DNA of 64,000 nucleotides from a virus. Lineage: Duplodnaviria > Heunggongvirae > Uroviricota > Caudoviricetes. Location: the IMG/VR virus record IMGVR_UViG_3300042402_007287, one strand, 5' to 3'. Of the stretch, positions 1-8,650 are shown in pieces. The notes beneath the pieces are model-generated. The model saw only the letters and a program-made list of their open reading frames with translations. It ran no database searches and had not been told where the DNA came from. The position numbers and the translations under genes are program-made. Each line of letters opens with the position of its first letter. The stretch's first letter is position 1.

Positions 1-242
1 CTCATAACTCCGATGAACTCACATCCGAAGGAACCACTCCATTTATGTGTAATGTCAATCATCATTGGAGCCGCAACCCCCATATCAGCCTTGATACGAA
101 TAGATTTAGGTAATTTAGTAAACCCATCATATAAACTATTAGTTGGTGAGGTTTTTTGTGCTGCTGGTTTTGTTTGTTCAGATATTACTCTTTGTACCAA
201 CTTTACTAAATCCGATTCCGTCAATCTTATAATTTTTCCCAT
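1..242 (-). CDS. N-terminal fragment of a protein that continues past the window edge. Starts with MGKIIRLTESDLVKLVQRVISEQ.
   Basis: Manual translation of the minus strand. ATG at 240-242 with an open frame to the window edge. Carries the shared N-terminal RLTE motif. Makes the + strand ORF 13..564 spurious. Confidence 0.4.
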   Translation of the reverse strand, partial: MGKIIRLTESDLVKLVQRVISEQTKPAAQKTSPTNSLYDGFTKLPKSIRIKADMGVAAPMMIDITHKWSGSFGCEFIGVM

Positions 243-343
243 TTTCAAATTGTTTATTATAAATATTCGAGTTAAAAAAAAAACCTCTTCATTTTGGAAA
301 AGGTTGTTATTTTTTTTTTTAATCTCCAGTTGGATACTTTTAA

Positions 344-979
344 TTAGATTATCTCATAATCAATTTCGCCATATTGGTCAAGGTCATCGTTTTCATCATG
401 AGTTGAACCATCAGGGTCTTCTTGAACTTTTCTATAAGCTTCACATGAAGAACGAGCCATTACTGTATGAGTCCATGATTGAACACAAGTTCTTGAAGCT
501 TGAATTGTATATTCAGATTCTTCATTATCTTCCCAACCTTCTTCATCTTCACAGTCATCAGTAATAATATCTTTGGTTTCTTCAGGAACTCGACCAAACT
601 TATCAATTGCTTCCATCAAACTATTTCTGAAATCAATAAGTTCCTTTAAGGAGTAAAACTTAAATGCATAACTAGAAGCACGTGAACCGTTGACACTAAC
701 TTCAACATACTCCTTCGACCCTTCCTCTGCCCCATCATAATGGTAGATACCCAAATCAGACGGGTTGTCATATTCGAGCGTACTATCCTCAACAAATAAA
801 TAAGATAAATCCCATTCATCAGGATTTGAATCTTTCATTTCCTGATATTCTTTTTCGAGTTCTCTAATTTGATTTAGAGCTTTTGAAAACTTTTTCTCAA
901 AAGATGTTTTCCATTTTTTTGAATACTCCCCCATATATAATTTTTTCCAAAGATAGAAAACAAATTTCAATTTTACCAA
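344..979 (-). CDS. hypothetical acidic protein
   Basis: 211-aa ORF with an Asp/Glu-rich C-terminus. No recognisable motif. Confidence 0.45.
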   Translation of the reverse strand: MVKLKFVFYLWKKLYMGEYSKKWKTSFEKKFSKALNQIRELEKEYQEMKDSNPDEWDLSYLFVEDSTLEYDNPSDLGIYHYDGAEEGSKEYVEVSVNGSRASSYAFKFYSLKELIDFRNSLMEAIDKFGRVPEETKDIITDDCEDEEGWEDNEESEYTIQASRTCVQSWTHTVMARSSCEAYRKVQEDPDGSTHDENDDLDQYGEIDYEII

Positions 980-1031
980 AAATTCCCAGAAAATTTTTTT
1001 TAAGAAAAACCCCGCATTTATAAAACAAGGG

Positions 1032-1403
1032 TCATGTTTTTGAATTCGACTTCATCTCCTCCCATTCTTCTGAATCAACATATTCATTATAAACTCCACA
1101 TATGGGTATTCCCATGTATTTTGCAAGTTCATCAATATATTCTCTTGTTCCCCATAATTTTCCCAAGTCTTCTTCGAAAATAACAAGGAAAACTTCGTAG
1201 CAGTCCTTTGATTCGAAGTGTGGTGGTGACCCAAAAGATTTAATTACATAAATCTCCAAAATGAATGGATATTTTTTCAACATCATTCTTTTGATAAACT
1301 TTTGTAGTCCCTCTTCCATTATCAATAAATAGCCAAAAATTTTTAAAATCAAACTACCTTTATTAAATCTAACTCCAGATGATAATCTGATGTTTTTGTC
1401 CAA
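1032..1403 (-). CDS. small protein, possible member of the YPWIKD/MGLP paralog family
   Basis: KKYPFILEIYV and LAKYMGIPICG resemble motifs in 5491..5754 and 7382..7666. Confidence 0.4.
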   Translation of the reverse strand: MDKNIRLSSGVRFNKGSLILKIFGYLLIMEEGLQKFIKRMMLKKYPFILEIYVIKSFGSPPHFESKDCYEVFLVIFEEDLGKLWGTREYIDELAKYMGIPICGVYNEYVDSEEWEEMKSNSKT

Positions 1404-1621
1404 TTTACAAAAACCATATTCCCTTTGTAATACATAACATATCCCATATCATCCCCATCCTTCAATTTAACAATATCCCCCTTTATGAATTTTGTTTTTT
1501 TCCTTTGGTATGATAACTTCTGAGATGTCCTTTTAACCTCACGTTTTTTTCTCTTATAATCAGATTTTGTATATGGTTTTTTCATCACACAAAAATATGA
1601 AAAAGGACAAATTTTTCCCAA
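1349..1621 (-). CDS. small protein with a DUF2158/YodC-like motif
   Basis: FIKGDIVKLKDGDDMGYV resembles the GDxVxLKSGGPxMTV motif of YodC-like small proteins. Overlaps 1032..1403, so one of the two starts is probably wrong. Confidence 0.3.
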   Translation of the reverse strand: MGKICPFSYFCVMKKPYTKSDYKRKKREVKRTSQKLSYQRKKTKFIKGDIVKLKDGDDMGYVMYYKGNMVFVNWTKTSDYHLELDLIKVV

Positions 1622-1760
1622 AAATTTTTTTTGCGCAACTTATGGTATTGTCCCCCCCAAACCGACGTTTTGACATATAGTAAGGGGGGATACGGGGGGG
1701 AGGGGGGGTATACCCCCTCCATATGGGGGGGATGAGGGGACCTTTTGTCAGGGGATAAGT

Positions 1761-1769
1761 TGTGGATAA
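1761..1769 (-). promoter_or_regulatory. perfect DnaA box (TTATCCACA on the minus strand)
   Basis: tgtggataa on the + strand, inside the G/C-homopolymer intergenic island. Confidence 0.35.
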
Positions 1770-1821
1770 CTATCCCCCCCTCCCATGGTTATTCACATGG
1801 GGGTGGGGATAATATTATTTG

Positions 1822-2295
1822 TTAGTTCTCGGTACTATCGATATCTTTCTTCTTCTTCCATTCGGGGACCTCCGTGTATTCGGGGAGTGGTACGGAGCTT
1901 GGGGATATTATCCATGTACCAACTTCGAACTTGCGGGACTTGGGTATCTTCATGTCTTGGGGAACGGCGGGGCTCTTTTGAACTTTGTCTATGAGAATTT
2001 GGATATCTTGGACCACTTCTCTTGGGGGTTGTCCCTGAGTGAAGAACGTGGATAGGTATGGGGACCAATCGAACCCCCGCATCTCGATGTAGAATTTAAC
2101 GGTCCAATCTTTTTCTTTGGCTAACTCCCATGGGTCGAGTACTATGTCGAGGAAGATAAGGCTATACTTATTTATTTCCTCGGGTAGTTTAACATCTTTA
2201 ATCCACGGGTAGGTCCTCATGAGTATTTTCTTTAATACCCTGAAATGATATAACTCATTTATTTCTTCGTGGGTCACATGTTGGAAGTCAGCCAT
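1822..2295 (-). CDS. hypothetical protein carrying a YPWIKDVKL motif (paralog family)
   Basis: 157-aa ORF. RTYPWIKDVKLPEE matches KYPWIKDIKL in 7382..7666. Confidence 0.45.
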   Translation of the reverse strand: MADFQHVTHEEINELYHFRVLKKILMRTYPWIKDVKLPEEINKYSLIFLDIVLDPWELAKEKDWTVKFYIEMRGFDWSPYLSTFFTQGQPPREVVQDIQILIDKVQKSPAVPQDMKIPKSRKFEVGTWIISPSSVPLPEYTEVPEWKKKKDIDSTEN

Positions 2296-2335
2296 TAGAT
2301 TTTTTTATTACAATAAATAGTTGTAGTTTTGAGTT

Positions 2336-2734
2336 ATGAAACTTACCACTCGGACCAAGGGTCTATCTATGAAAAAGCGTCGTCAGATTGTTGACCTCAC
2401 CGTTGAATGGATGAAGGAGAACGTGGGGAGAAAGGTGTCTAAGGAAAGGACCTTTAAGTATGCGGTCCGTAAGCTTGGGGATAAGTTCACCCCCGCCTAT
2501 GGTATGTATTGCCCTGAGCGCAATACCATGTATGTGTTTCATAACTACTGCCCCACCGTGAAGTGGATTATCCGCTGCGTCCTTCATGAATATACCCACT
2601 ACCTTCAGAACCTCAGGTACTATACCCATAACCTTGAAGTGTATGGTTATATGAAACACCCTCAGGAAAAACATGCTAGAAACATGGAGGACCTATATCA
2701 GTGGGTGTGGGATGATATATCCCCCTTGCTGTGA
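2336..2734 (+). CDS. HExxH motif protein, putative Zn-metallopeptidase-like; 132 aa
   Basis: VLHEYTHYLQ. Same length and similar HE[YW]xH[YE]xQ core as 16213..16611. Confidence 0.45.
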   Translation: MKLTTRTKGLSMKKRRQIVDLTVEWMKENVGRKVSKERTFKYAVRKLGDKFTPAYGMYCPERNTMYVFHNYCPTVKWIIRCVLHEYTHYLQNLRYYTHNLEVYGYMKHPQEKHARNMEDLYQWVWDDISPLL

Positions 2735-3006
2735 TATTCATATACCTTTTCTTGCGCCCACACCATTAAATCCTTGGGGGATATATCATCCCCGCCCCAT
2801 ACTTTTACTCCCTCCACCTTCGCATCCACACATCTCCATCTCGTGGGCATGACAGGTTTGTTGGTCCACCCCGCCTTCGGTCTCTCATAATATAACACAC
2901 CGAGAGACACCTCCTCCTTGAGAAGAATCTCCACCGCAACCCTATCTTCCGTGATGGGGGTGATGTTCGCTTTTAACTCTTTGAATAAATCCATATTATG
3001 GAACAT
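2698..3006 (-). CDS. hypothetical protein
   Basis: 102-aa ORF convergent with 2336..2734. Confidence 0.35.
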   Translation of the reverse strand: MFHNMDLFKELKANITPITEDRVAVEILLKEEVSLGVLYYERPKAGWTNKPVMPTRWRCVDAKVEGVKVWGGDDISPKDLMVWAQEKVYEYHSKGDISSHTH

Positions 3007-3055
3007 ATAAAATAACTATGAAATGTGAATAAAAACCTCTCTCTTGTGGGCGGGG

Positions 3056-3064
3056 TGTGGATAA
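3056..3064 (-). promoter_or_regulatory. second perfect DnaA box (TTATCCACA)
   Basis: tgtggataa on the + strand, at the start of a 690-bp ORF-free region. Confidence 0.35.
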
Positions 3065-3419
3065 ATTGTTTGGGGAAAAGTTGGAATTGTCAAAAAGTCA
3101 GTCGAGCGTTAGCCACGGCACAATCCCCTCGACACACTTTCCCCCACTTTTCCCCACCACTGTCTCCCACATTTTACCACCACTATTGGTCATGCAGATA
3201 GTGAAAACCCCACTTTTTCCCCTCTGACGCTATCAGGAAGACCAGTTTTTTACTATGTATATTTTCCAGCAAAAAAAGTAATAAGTAGTACATAGCGGGG
3301 GGAGTGAGTGTAACGAACCTTTAGTAGTGTTTTATCCCCTTCAACGAGAGAGACAATTTGTCTCCCCCAATGTATGGACATGTAGTATATGGTGGTAATT
3401 TGTGGGACAAGTTATACGA

Positions 3420-3560
3420 TATTTCATCATATCGTGTGAATACACGATTGTCTATAATATCGTTTCATTAGACGATACTATGGTCATGTAAGTCAACTTA
3501 TAGCTTGACTCGAAGAGTGGTTTTGTAAAGTTATAACTTGACCACTATACCACCATCTCA
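3420..3560. repeat. cluster of short palindromes/hairpins
   Basis: Includes cgatatttcatcatatcg, cgtgtgaatacacg, acgattgtctataatatcgt and atcgtttcattagacgat. Also aagtcaacttatagcttgactc and the perfect palindrome aagttataactt. Confidence 0.5.
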
Positions 3561-3633
3561 TTTGTCCCCTCCTTTAAGCGGGGGATATATTAGGTGGGGG
3601 GAGAAGATTATACAACAAGGGAGAGAATGTAGG

Positions 3634-3706
3634 GACTTCCGAACAAAGTGAGGAATGTGTTTGTCCCGAAATGAACGAACTTGGTGGATAATCTTATCTA
3701 ATTAGG
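3634..3706. repeat. conserved intergenic element, copy A. A hairpin GGGAC...GTCCC is followed by ...ggataatctta..taattag.
   Basis: About 75 percent identical to 5786..5866. Both copies abut the stop codon of a minus-strand gene. Confidence 0.55.
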
Positions 3707-4180
3707 AGATTTTAAACCTATTATATTTTTGAAATTAGGGAAAAGATTATCATATATTTGTATGATAGTTTCTTTATAATCAATATTCATAAATTCTCCT
3801 TTGCCAGGTAATGTTAGTTCAGTTTTAACTTGATATGGTTTACAAATATTCTTTAAGGATTTTTCGAATTGAACCGCACCATGTGCTTGTAAAGTTTCTT
3901 GTCTTATAATATCCACAATTTTTATTTCATCTCTACCTGAATATCTTTTTTCTGCGAATCTTCCTTCTACAGAATTCTTTGTATATCCTATTTTTAACAT
4001 TGGGATTTCCCCTATTTGTACATGTATGAGATATACGATATGGGGACCGAAACATGTATCTACTCGATTATAGATATAGTCAATTATCTTGGGATATTGT
4101 TCGATAATTTGTACTAATACATTTATTTTAGTTGAGGTATCCCCCAATTTGGAATTCTGATAACTTTCATACAAGGACAT
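3698..4180 (-). CDS. GIY-YIG / T5orf172-like domain protein
   Basis: HIVYLIHV..G..LKIGYTKNSVEGRFAE fits the GxVY...KIGxT...R pattern of the T5orf172/GIY-YIG superfamily. Confidence 0.4.
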   Translation of the reverse strand: MSLYESYQNSKLGDTSTKINVLVQIIEQYPKIIDYIYNRVDTCFGPHIVYLIHVQIGEIPMLKIGYTKNSVEGRFAEKRYSGRDEIKIVDIIRQETLQAHGAVQFEKSLKNICKPYQVKTELTLPGKGEFMNIDYKETIIQIYDNLFPNFKNIIGLKSPN

Positions 4181-4210
4181 GTTTCAATTATAATAAAATA
4201 TATGATAAAA

Positions 4211-4240
4211 GAAAAAACCCCCACCGTTTGGTGAGGGTTA
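4211..4240 (-). terminator. rho-independent terminator for 4246..5100
   Basis: The aaccctcacc-aaac-ggtggggg stem closes completely only in minus-strand RNA, through a G-U pair. A T-run follows on the minus strand. The hairpin is identical to the one at 8651..8680. Confidence 0.6.
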
Positions 4241-4245
4241 GTAAA

Positions 4246-5100
4246 TCAATCTCTTTGCGTGTATGAGACTAACTGACCGTTTTTGAACTTATAGTAACTC
4301 CCCGACTTTTTTGTTCCATAAATCAAAGTTCTGTTTTCAGTGGTACCCGAAATGGATTCTTCTACATTAGTTGGGTAAGATTCCATTTTCAAATTATTTT
4401 GGAATGACTCTAATAAGGAATCTTGATTAGTTTTCCATAATAGGAACTCTTTCTCTGTCATTCCTATTTGAGGTTCGTCAAGATTTACAACTTCTTTGAA
4501 CTTTTCGACCCCAAACTCATTGAGGTATTTGTCCATAAAACTTATTCTTCTTTTGAATGTTTCTTTGATTACATTCAGTTGAGATATGGGAAATTTGTAT
4601 TTTACTTCATCCCAAGGTCCTTCGAAATTGTCATTTTGATTCATTGGTGCAGCCCATCCAGGAAAAGGACTTTGGGATATTTTTTGAACAAGAGGTTCAA
4701 TCTCACCGATAATTTGTTCTCTTTGTTGGTTTAATTTTTCATTGATGATGGGAAGGTACTTTGATTTGTTATATGAAGCAAAGATGGCAACAATAATTGC
4801 CCATCCACCAAGAATCCACATAATGTTTAGTAGAATAAAAAACAATTTAGCATTGTCTGTGAATTGATGGGAATTTACGTAGGAACTGTAAAGATAAATT
4901 ACGGAAACCCAAATCATAAAAGTCAGTATCTTCTGAATCCAATTTAATTTCACTTCTGAAGGAATTTCCTCAGAAGTAGTTTGGACCATTTGAACTTGAC
5001 TAACTCTTGGACGAGTAATTGCTGTAACGGTGGCTTTAGCCGCCATAAAACCTAAAGCAGAACCGAATCCTCTTACGAATGAACGCGTTAAATTTGACAT
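4246..5100 (-). CDS. membrane protein, at least 2 TM segments
   Basis: Hydrophobic stretches ILTFMIWVSVIYLY and LFFILLNIMWILGGWAIIVAIFA. Confidence 0.5.
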   Translation of the reverse strand: MSNLTRSFVRGFGSALGFMAAKATVTAITRPRVSQVQMVQTTSEEIPSEVKLNWIQKILTFMIWVSVIYLYSSYVNSHQFTDNAKLFFILLNIMWILGGWAIIVAIFASYNKSKYLPIINEKLNQQREQIIGEIEPLVQKISQSPFPGWAAPMNQNDNFEGPWDEVKYKFPISQLNVIKETFKRRISFMDKYLNEFGVEKFKEVVNLDEPQIGMTEKEFLLWKTNQDSLLESFQNNLKMESYPTNVEESISGTTENRTLIYGTKKSGSYYKFKNGQLVSYTQRD

Positions 5101-5212
5101 AGTTTATTTTTTTTTAGAACACAAAAATAATAGGGTTTATTTTACTGGCAAAAAAAATTTGGAGAAATATAGATGGATTATATTTTTCCAAAACTCATAA
5201 AAAAAGGTAGAT

Positions 5213-5482
5213 TTGGAGAGTTATATATTTATTGTAATGGAAGAAGTAATACAGAGGGTTTTGGAAAAATTGGTTCTACCTGTGAACGATAGATTAGTTG
5301 GTGTGAAAGTTAGGAGGATGCAAAACTCATTTGATGATTATATTGTTACTTACTATATAAATGATAGGATTGATTATCGTGATGGAACCATTATTGAAAA
5401 AGAGACTCGTTCATTATATAAAATGATGGGACTAAAAGAGGATAGTCACGTTATTATAGAATATCGTTCCATTGAAGAATAA
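5213..5482 (+). CDS. small protein, paralog family member (C-terminal LYKMMGLKED)
   Basis: Tandem with 5491..5754. Shares an N-terminal helix and a C-terminal K[MA][ML]G[LI][PK] motif. Confidence 0.5.
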   Translation: MESYIFIVMEEVIQRVLEKLVLPVNDRLVGVKVRRMQNSFDDYIVTYYINDRIDYRDGTIIEKETRSLYKMMGLKEDSHVIIEYRSIEE

Positions 5483-5490
5483 AATTATAT

Positions 5491-5754
5491 ATGGAAGAAA
5501 TACTAAATAATATTGTAAGTAGGATTATACTTCCTAAATTTCCGTGGATAGAAGATTTTAAATGGTATAAGAATTATAGTCGTGATTCTAATAAGAACTA
5601 TTGGAGTTTGAAAGTGATTCCCGCATCGGATTTAAATGTCCCTGATGCTATTATGAATACGATGAGAATGGATGTATATAAAGAGATGAATTCTTTATTT
5701 AAGATGTTGGGATTACCTGAGAACGAGCAGTTCCATACCGTTATTGTTCAGTAA
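5491..5754 (+). CDS. small protein, paralog family member (LPKFPWIEDFKW ... LFKMLGLPENE)
   Basis: Motifs shared with 7382..7666, 1822..2295 and 5213..5482. Confidence 0.55.
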   Translation: MEEILNNIVSRIILPKFPWIEDFKWYKNYSRDSNKNYWSLKVIPASDLNVPDAIMNTMRMDVYKEMNSLFKMLGLPENEQFHTVIVQ

Positions 5755-5785
5755 GATTATACAATTGATGAGTGAAGTGAATGAG

Positions 5786-5866
5786 GACACTCCCGAACGA
5801 TAGTGAGGGTGTATTTGTGTCCGATATGAACTGAACGAATCAGTTGGATAATCTTAGGGTAATTAG
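5786..5866. repeat. conserved intergenic element, copy B (stem GGACAC/GTGTCC)
   Basis: Aligns with 3634..3706. The stem bases differ between copies but pairing is kept, i.e. covariation. Confidence 0.55.
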
Positions 5867-6519
5867 TTCCATTTATTCAGTTCGGGAAATCTATCATTGA
5901 AACAAATAATGTTACAATATTTGTAATGGTCTTGGAAATCTGTTATGGGGACCAAATGGGATGAATTTAAATAATAAAAACTTTGGAACCCGTGCTCTCT
6001 GAGGTAGTTTGCAACTTCGACAAGTTTGACACCTGAATCTATATATGTTTTTCCATATTCGAATTGTATAATCTTTATATCTGTTAGTCTTTGTTCGAAC
6101 CCTTTGATTACCGCAAACTCAAAACCTTCCGTATCTATCTTTAAAAAATCTATGTTGGTTAAATTATTTTCTGTGAGATAATTTACCCCTTTGTCTACAT
6201 TAAAGAAAATTGTATTATTGTCGACACGGCATGTTTGCCTTCTATCTATAAAAGATTGAAAATACTTGTAATATTTTAAAGTATCTTTCTTGTCACCTAA
6301 ACCAAATTCATTGTAGAAAGCTTTGGTATTTGAATGAGGTTGATTTTTTAAAATATGTAAAAACTCTACGTTTGGGTCAAAATAATGTACTTCCTTTGGA
6401 TAGTTTAAAAATAAACTGTCACTTCTACACCCCACGTCGAATATAACATCTATTTCATTTTGAATGAAACTTATAAACCAAGATTCTCCATTGGTGTGAG
6501 GATTATCGTTTTGAAACAT
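5863..6519 (-). CDS. FkbM-family methyltransferase
   Basis: DVGCRSDS ... FDPN ... LKIDTEGFEFAVIKG is typical of the Methyltransf_21/FkbM family. Confidence 0.55.
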   Translation of the reverse strand: MFQNDNPHTNGESWFISFIQNEIDVIFDVGCRSDSLFLNYPKEVHYFDPNVEFLHILKNQPHSNTKAFYNEFGLGDKKDTLKYYKYFQSFIDRRQTCRVDNNTIFFNVDKGVNYLTENNLTNIDFLKIDTEGFEFAVIKGFEQRLTDIKIIQFEYGKTYIDSGVKLVEVANYLREHGFQSFYYLNSSHLVPITDFQDHYKYCNIICFNDRFPELNKWN

Positions 6520-6698
6520 AAAAGTTATTTTAATAAATATAAGAACAAGATGGGTATTTATGTATGTTATAGAGACAGGACATGAAAAAACTTTTTGGTA
6601 TAATAATTTTGATTTTTATTATTTGGACATTTGTGAAATGGTCGGAGTTATTCAGAGATTTATTTGCAAGTTATTAGTGAGAGATTGTATTTATTGAT

Positions 6699-7022
6699 AT
6701 GACCACGGAATTAAAAAATGAGGTTGATTCTATTGTTAAATTTGTGAGTAAGTTATTTAACCCCGCTGATGTTGAGCTTAGACCTGTTGAGGACCCCGAG
6801 GGTTGCGTTATCATATTCTATTTTGATGATATCGATGACAGGTATATTAGAAATCCTGACAGTCGTAGTATTAAAACTCATAAGGAAAACATGCTGAATA
6901 GAGAGATAAGGACTTATATTGAGAGATATTTGGGAATCAAAACATCGGGATTACAACCACCTGAGTTTTTCTCACCTGAGGAAAAACATCCTATTTCAGT
7001 ATATGTAATGCACACGAGTTAG
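6699..7022 (+). CDS. small protein, possible distant paralog family member (IERYLGIKTSG)
   Basis: N-terminal helix IVKFVSKLFNPADVEL and a C-terminal xYLGIK motif. Confidence 0.4.
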   Translation: MTTELKNEVDSIVKFVSKLFNPADVELRPVEDPEGCVIIFYFDDIDDRYIRNPDSRSIKTHKENMLNREIRTYIERYLGIKTSGLQPPEFFSPEEKHPISVYVMHTS

Positions 7023-7360
7023 TCGACAACTTCCCCGAACTCAGATTCATAGTGTTGCAAAATTCTATCATAAAAAAGGTCCACAAGAAATATGAATATA
7101 TCTCTGTATGGAAAAACTTCCGAGTCTTCTATAAGTTTGGGATGAATTTCATCCATAGTTAAAGATATTACCGACTCTCCGAAATTGTCGAAAGTAATAG
7201 GTGCTTTTCTGTTTTTTCTTTTGTACATTACCGTCGCATATTCTAACGCTTCTTGAAATGCGTGCTCTAATTCATCATTGGTGACTCTTCTTCTTAGGAA
7301 CATATTCTCATTTAGGTTCATAAGAGTTTTGATGCGGGAGATATCTTCAGAAAGATTCAT
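7019..7360 (-). CDS. hypothetical protein with the N-terminal MNLSEDISRIKTLMNLNEN motif
   Basis: 113-aa ORF. Confidence 0.45.
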   Translation of the reverse strand: MNLSEDISRIKTLMNLNENMFLRRRVTNDELEHAFQEALEYATVMYKRKNRKAPITFDNFGESVISLTMDEIHPKLIEDSEVFPYRDIFIFLVDLFYDRILQHYESEFGEVVD

Positions 7361-7381
7361 AATGATAAATATGAACTTAGA

Positions 7382-7666
7382 TTGTTATATTTATTGATTA
7401 TCATGTTAGACTCATTAGATAAAGTATTCCGCTCCATTTTATTACCGAAATATCCGTGGATAAAAGATATTAAATTGGATAAACAAAAAGAAGATGGAGT
7501 AAACTATGTAAATTGTATACTCGTGGTGGAACCTAATAGTGAATTTTTGGACGAACAGAACGATGCAATAGGAGATGTTTATGCATTGGCTAAAGCCATG
7601 GGTCTTCCCATATACGGTAAAGAAGCTTGGGTGATGTATTCCGTTTTTTGGAGAAGCCTGAAATAA
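7382..7666 (+). CDS. small protein, paralog family member (LPKYPWIKDIKL ... LAKAMGLPIYGKE)
   Basis: Clearest member of the family. Confidence 0.55.
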   Translation: MLYLLIIMLDSLDKVFRSILLPKYPWIKDIKLDKQKEDGVNYVNCILVVEPNSEFLDEQNDAIGDVYALAKAMGLPIYGKEAWVMYSVFWRSLK

Positions 7667-7700
7667 AAAAACCCCCACATTTCTGTGAGGGTTTCTTTTT
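7667..7700 (-). terminator. rho-independent terminator (ccctcaca-gaaa-tgtggggg plus T7 on the minus strand)
   Basis: The stem is complete only in minus-strand RNA (G-U). The + strand is also followed by a T-rich stretch, so it may act in both directions. Confidence 0.5.
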
Positions 7701-7776
7701 ACTTTTTACACCATCCGAAACATACTTTACCAAAAGTTATTTTCGAGATGAAATTACAGATTTGTTTCATATATTG

Positions 7777-7918
7777 TTTTATTTATTTAACCAAGCATCT
7801 ACAATACCACTTTTAATATCAGAATAGTTCGTGAGTAAGAATCCAACTATTAAAATAACTAAAAGAGGTTTCCATTGTTTTTCAACAAATGTTTCTAAGT
7901 CTTTGAAAAATTCTTTCA
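7777..7918 (-). CDS. small membrane protein, 46 aa: MKEFFKDLETFVEKQWKPLLVILIVGFLLTNYSDIKSGIVDAWLNK
   Basis: Manual translation. Too short for the ORF track. One TM helix. Confidence 0.3.
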
Positions 7919-7925
7919 TAATTTG

Positions 7926-8246
7926 TTATATTTTTCTTCTGTGTGGTTTTCCATGATGTCTTTGACACTTGGAACACGCAGGTTGAGGTTTATAATTAGC
8001 CATTCTAAATCTTTGAGCCGCTCTCATTTGTTGCATTCTTTTGAATTGCTCTTCAGACATGGTTATAATGACTTTACCGTCTTTCTTTTCAATCTGAGGT
8101 CTTTCCATCTCCCATCTTTGTTGATGGTCTACAAAGTCTCTAAATTGATTAGGAAGAGGTCTTTGACCTTGTGGTCTCATTGGTGGTTGAGCTGCGATTG
8201 TAAATCCAATCAGAGCACCAAGTAAAAAAAGGATAATTTTTTTCAT
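7926..8246 (-). CDS. secreted protein with an N-terminal signal peptide
   Basis: MKKIILFLLGALIGFTIAAQ followed by a polar, Gln/Arg-rich body. Confidence 0.5.
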   Translation of the reverse strand: MKKIILFLLGALIGFTIAAQPPMRPQGQRPLPNQFRDFVDHQQRWEMERPQIEKKDGKVIITMSEEQFKRMQQMRAAQRFRMANYKPQPACSKCQRHHGKPHRRKI

Positions 8247-8258
8247 ATTTGTTTTTTT

Positions 8259-8645
8259 TTATTGTTTATTAAAGGTTAGAATGATGTCTCCACCATCTTC
8301 GAATTGATTCCACGCTAATAGTGTCTCTCCACCGTTCGCGGTTTGAATCCACGTTGTGCCGTTCGCTGATGCTGTCATTTTAATTGTTTGGTCATTTTCT
8401 GCCATCCATCCTCTGTCCACATAAACTCCCGCTTCAGGGCCAAAGGAAAGATTACCTTGCATGTACCATACGTTTGGTGTTACCCAAAACAATAAGGACT
8501 TTGTATTATGAACTTCTGTTGAGGACCATTGTGTCTCAGAGTTCGGTCCGATGGTTGTATTACCAGGACCTACACCATCAACCGTAAGGTTGTAATCAGT
8601 GTTGTTTTGAATTGTGATGTTTGCTTGCCACATAGTTTTTATCAT
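8259..8645 (-). CDS. hypothetical protein; composition suggests a beta-rich fold
   Basis: 128-aa ORF rich in N/T/G/W. Confidence 0.45.
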   Translation of the reverse strand: MIKTMWQANITIQNNTDYNLTVDGVGPGNTTIGPNSETQWSSTEVHNTKSLLFWVTPNVWYMQGNLSFGPEAGVYVDRGWMAENDQTIKMTASANGTTWIQTANGGETLLAWNQFEDGGDIILTFNKQ

Positions 8646-8650
8646 AAATA

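Noticed and set aside
13-564. 183-aa + strand ORF at the window start
   Set aside because: It overlaps both the minus-strand partial gene 1..242, which has a convincing N-terminal motif, and 344..979. Its low-complexity LLFFFLISSW composition makes it the likely shadow ORF.
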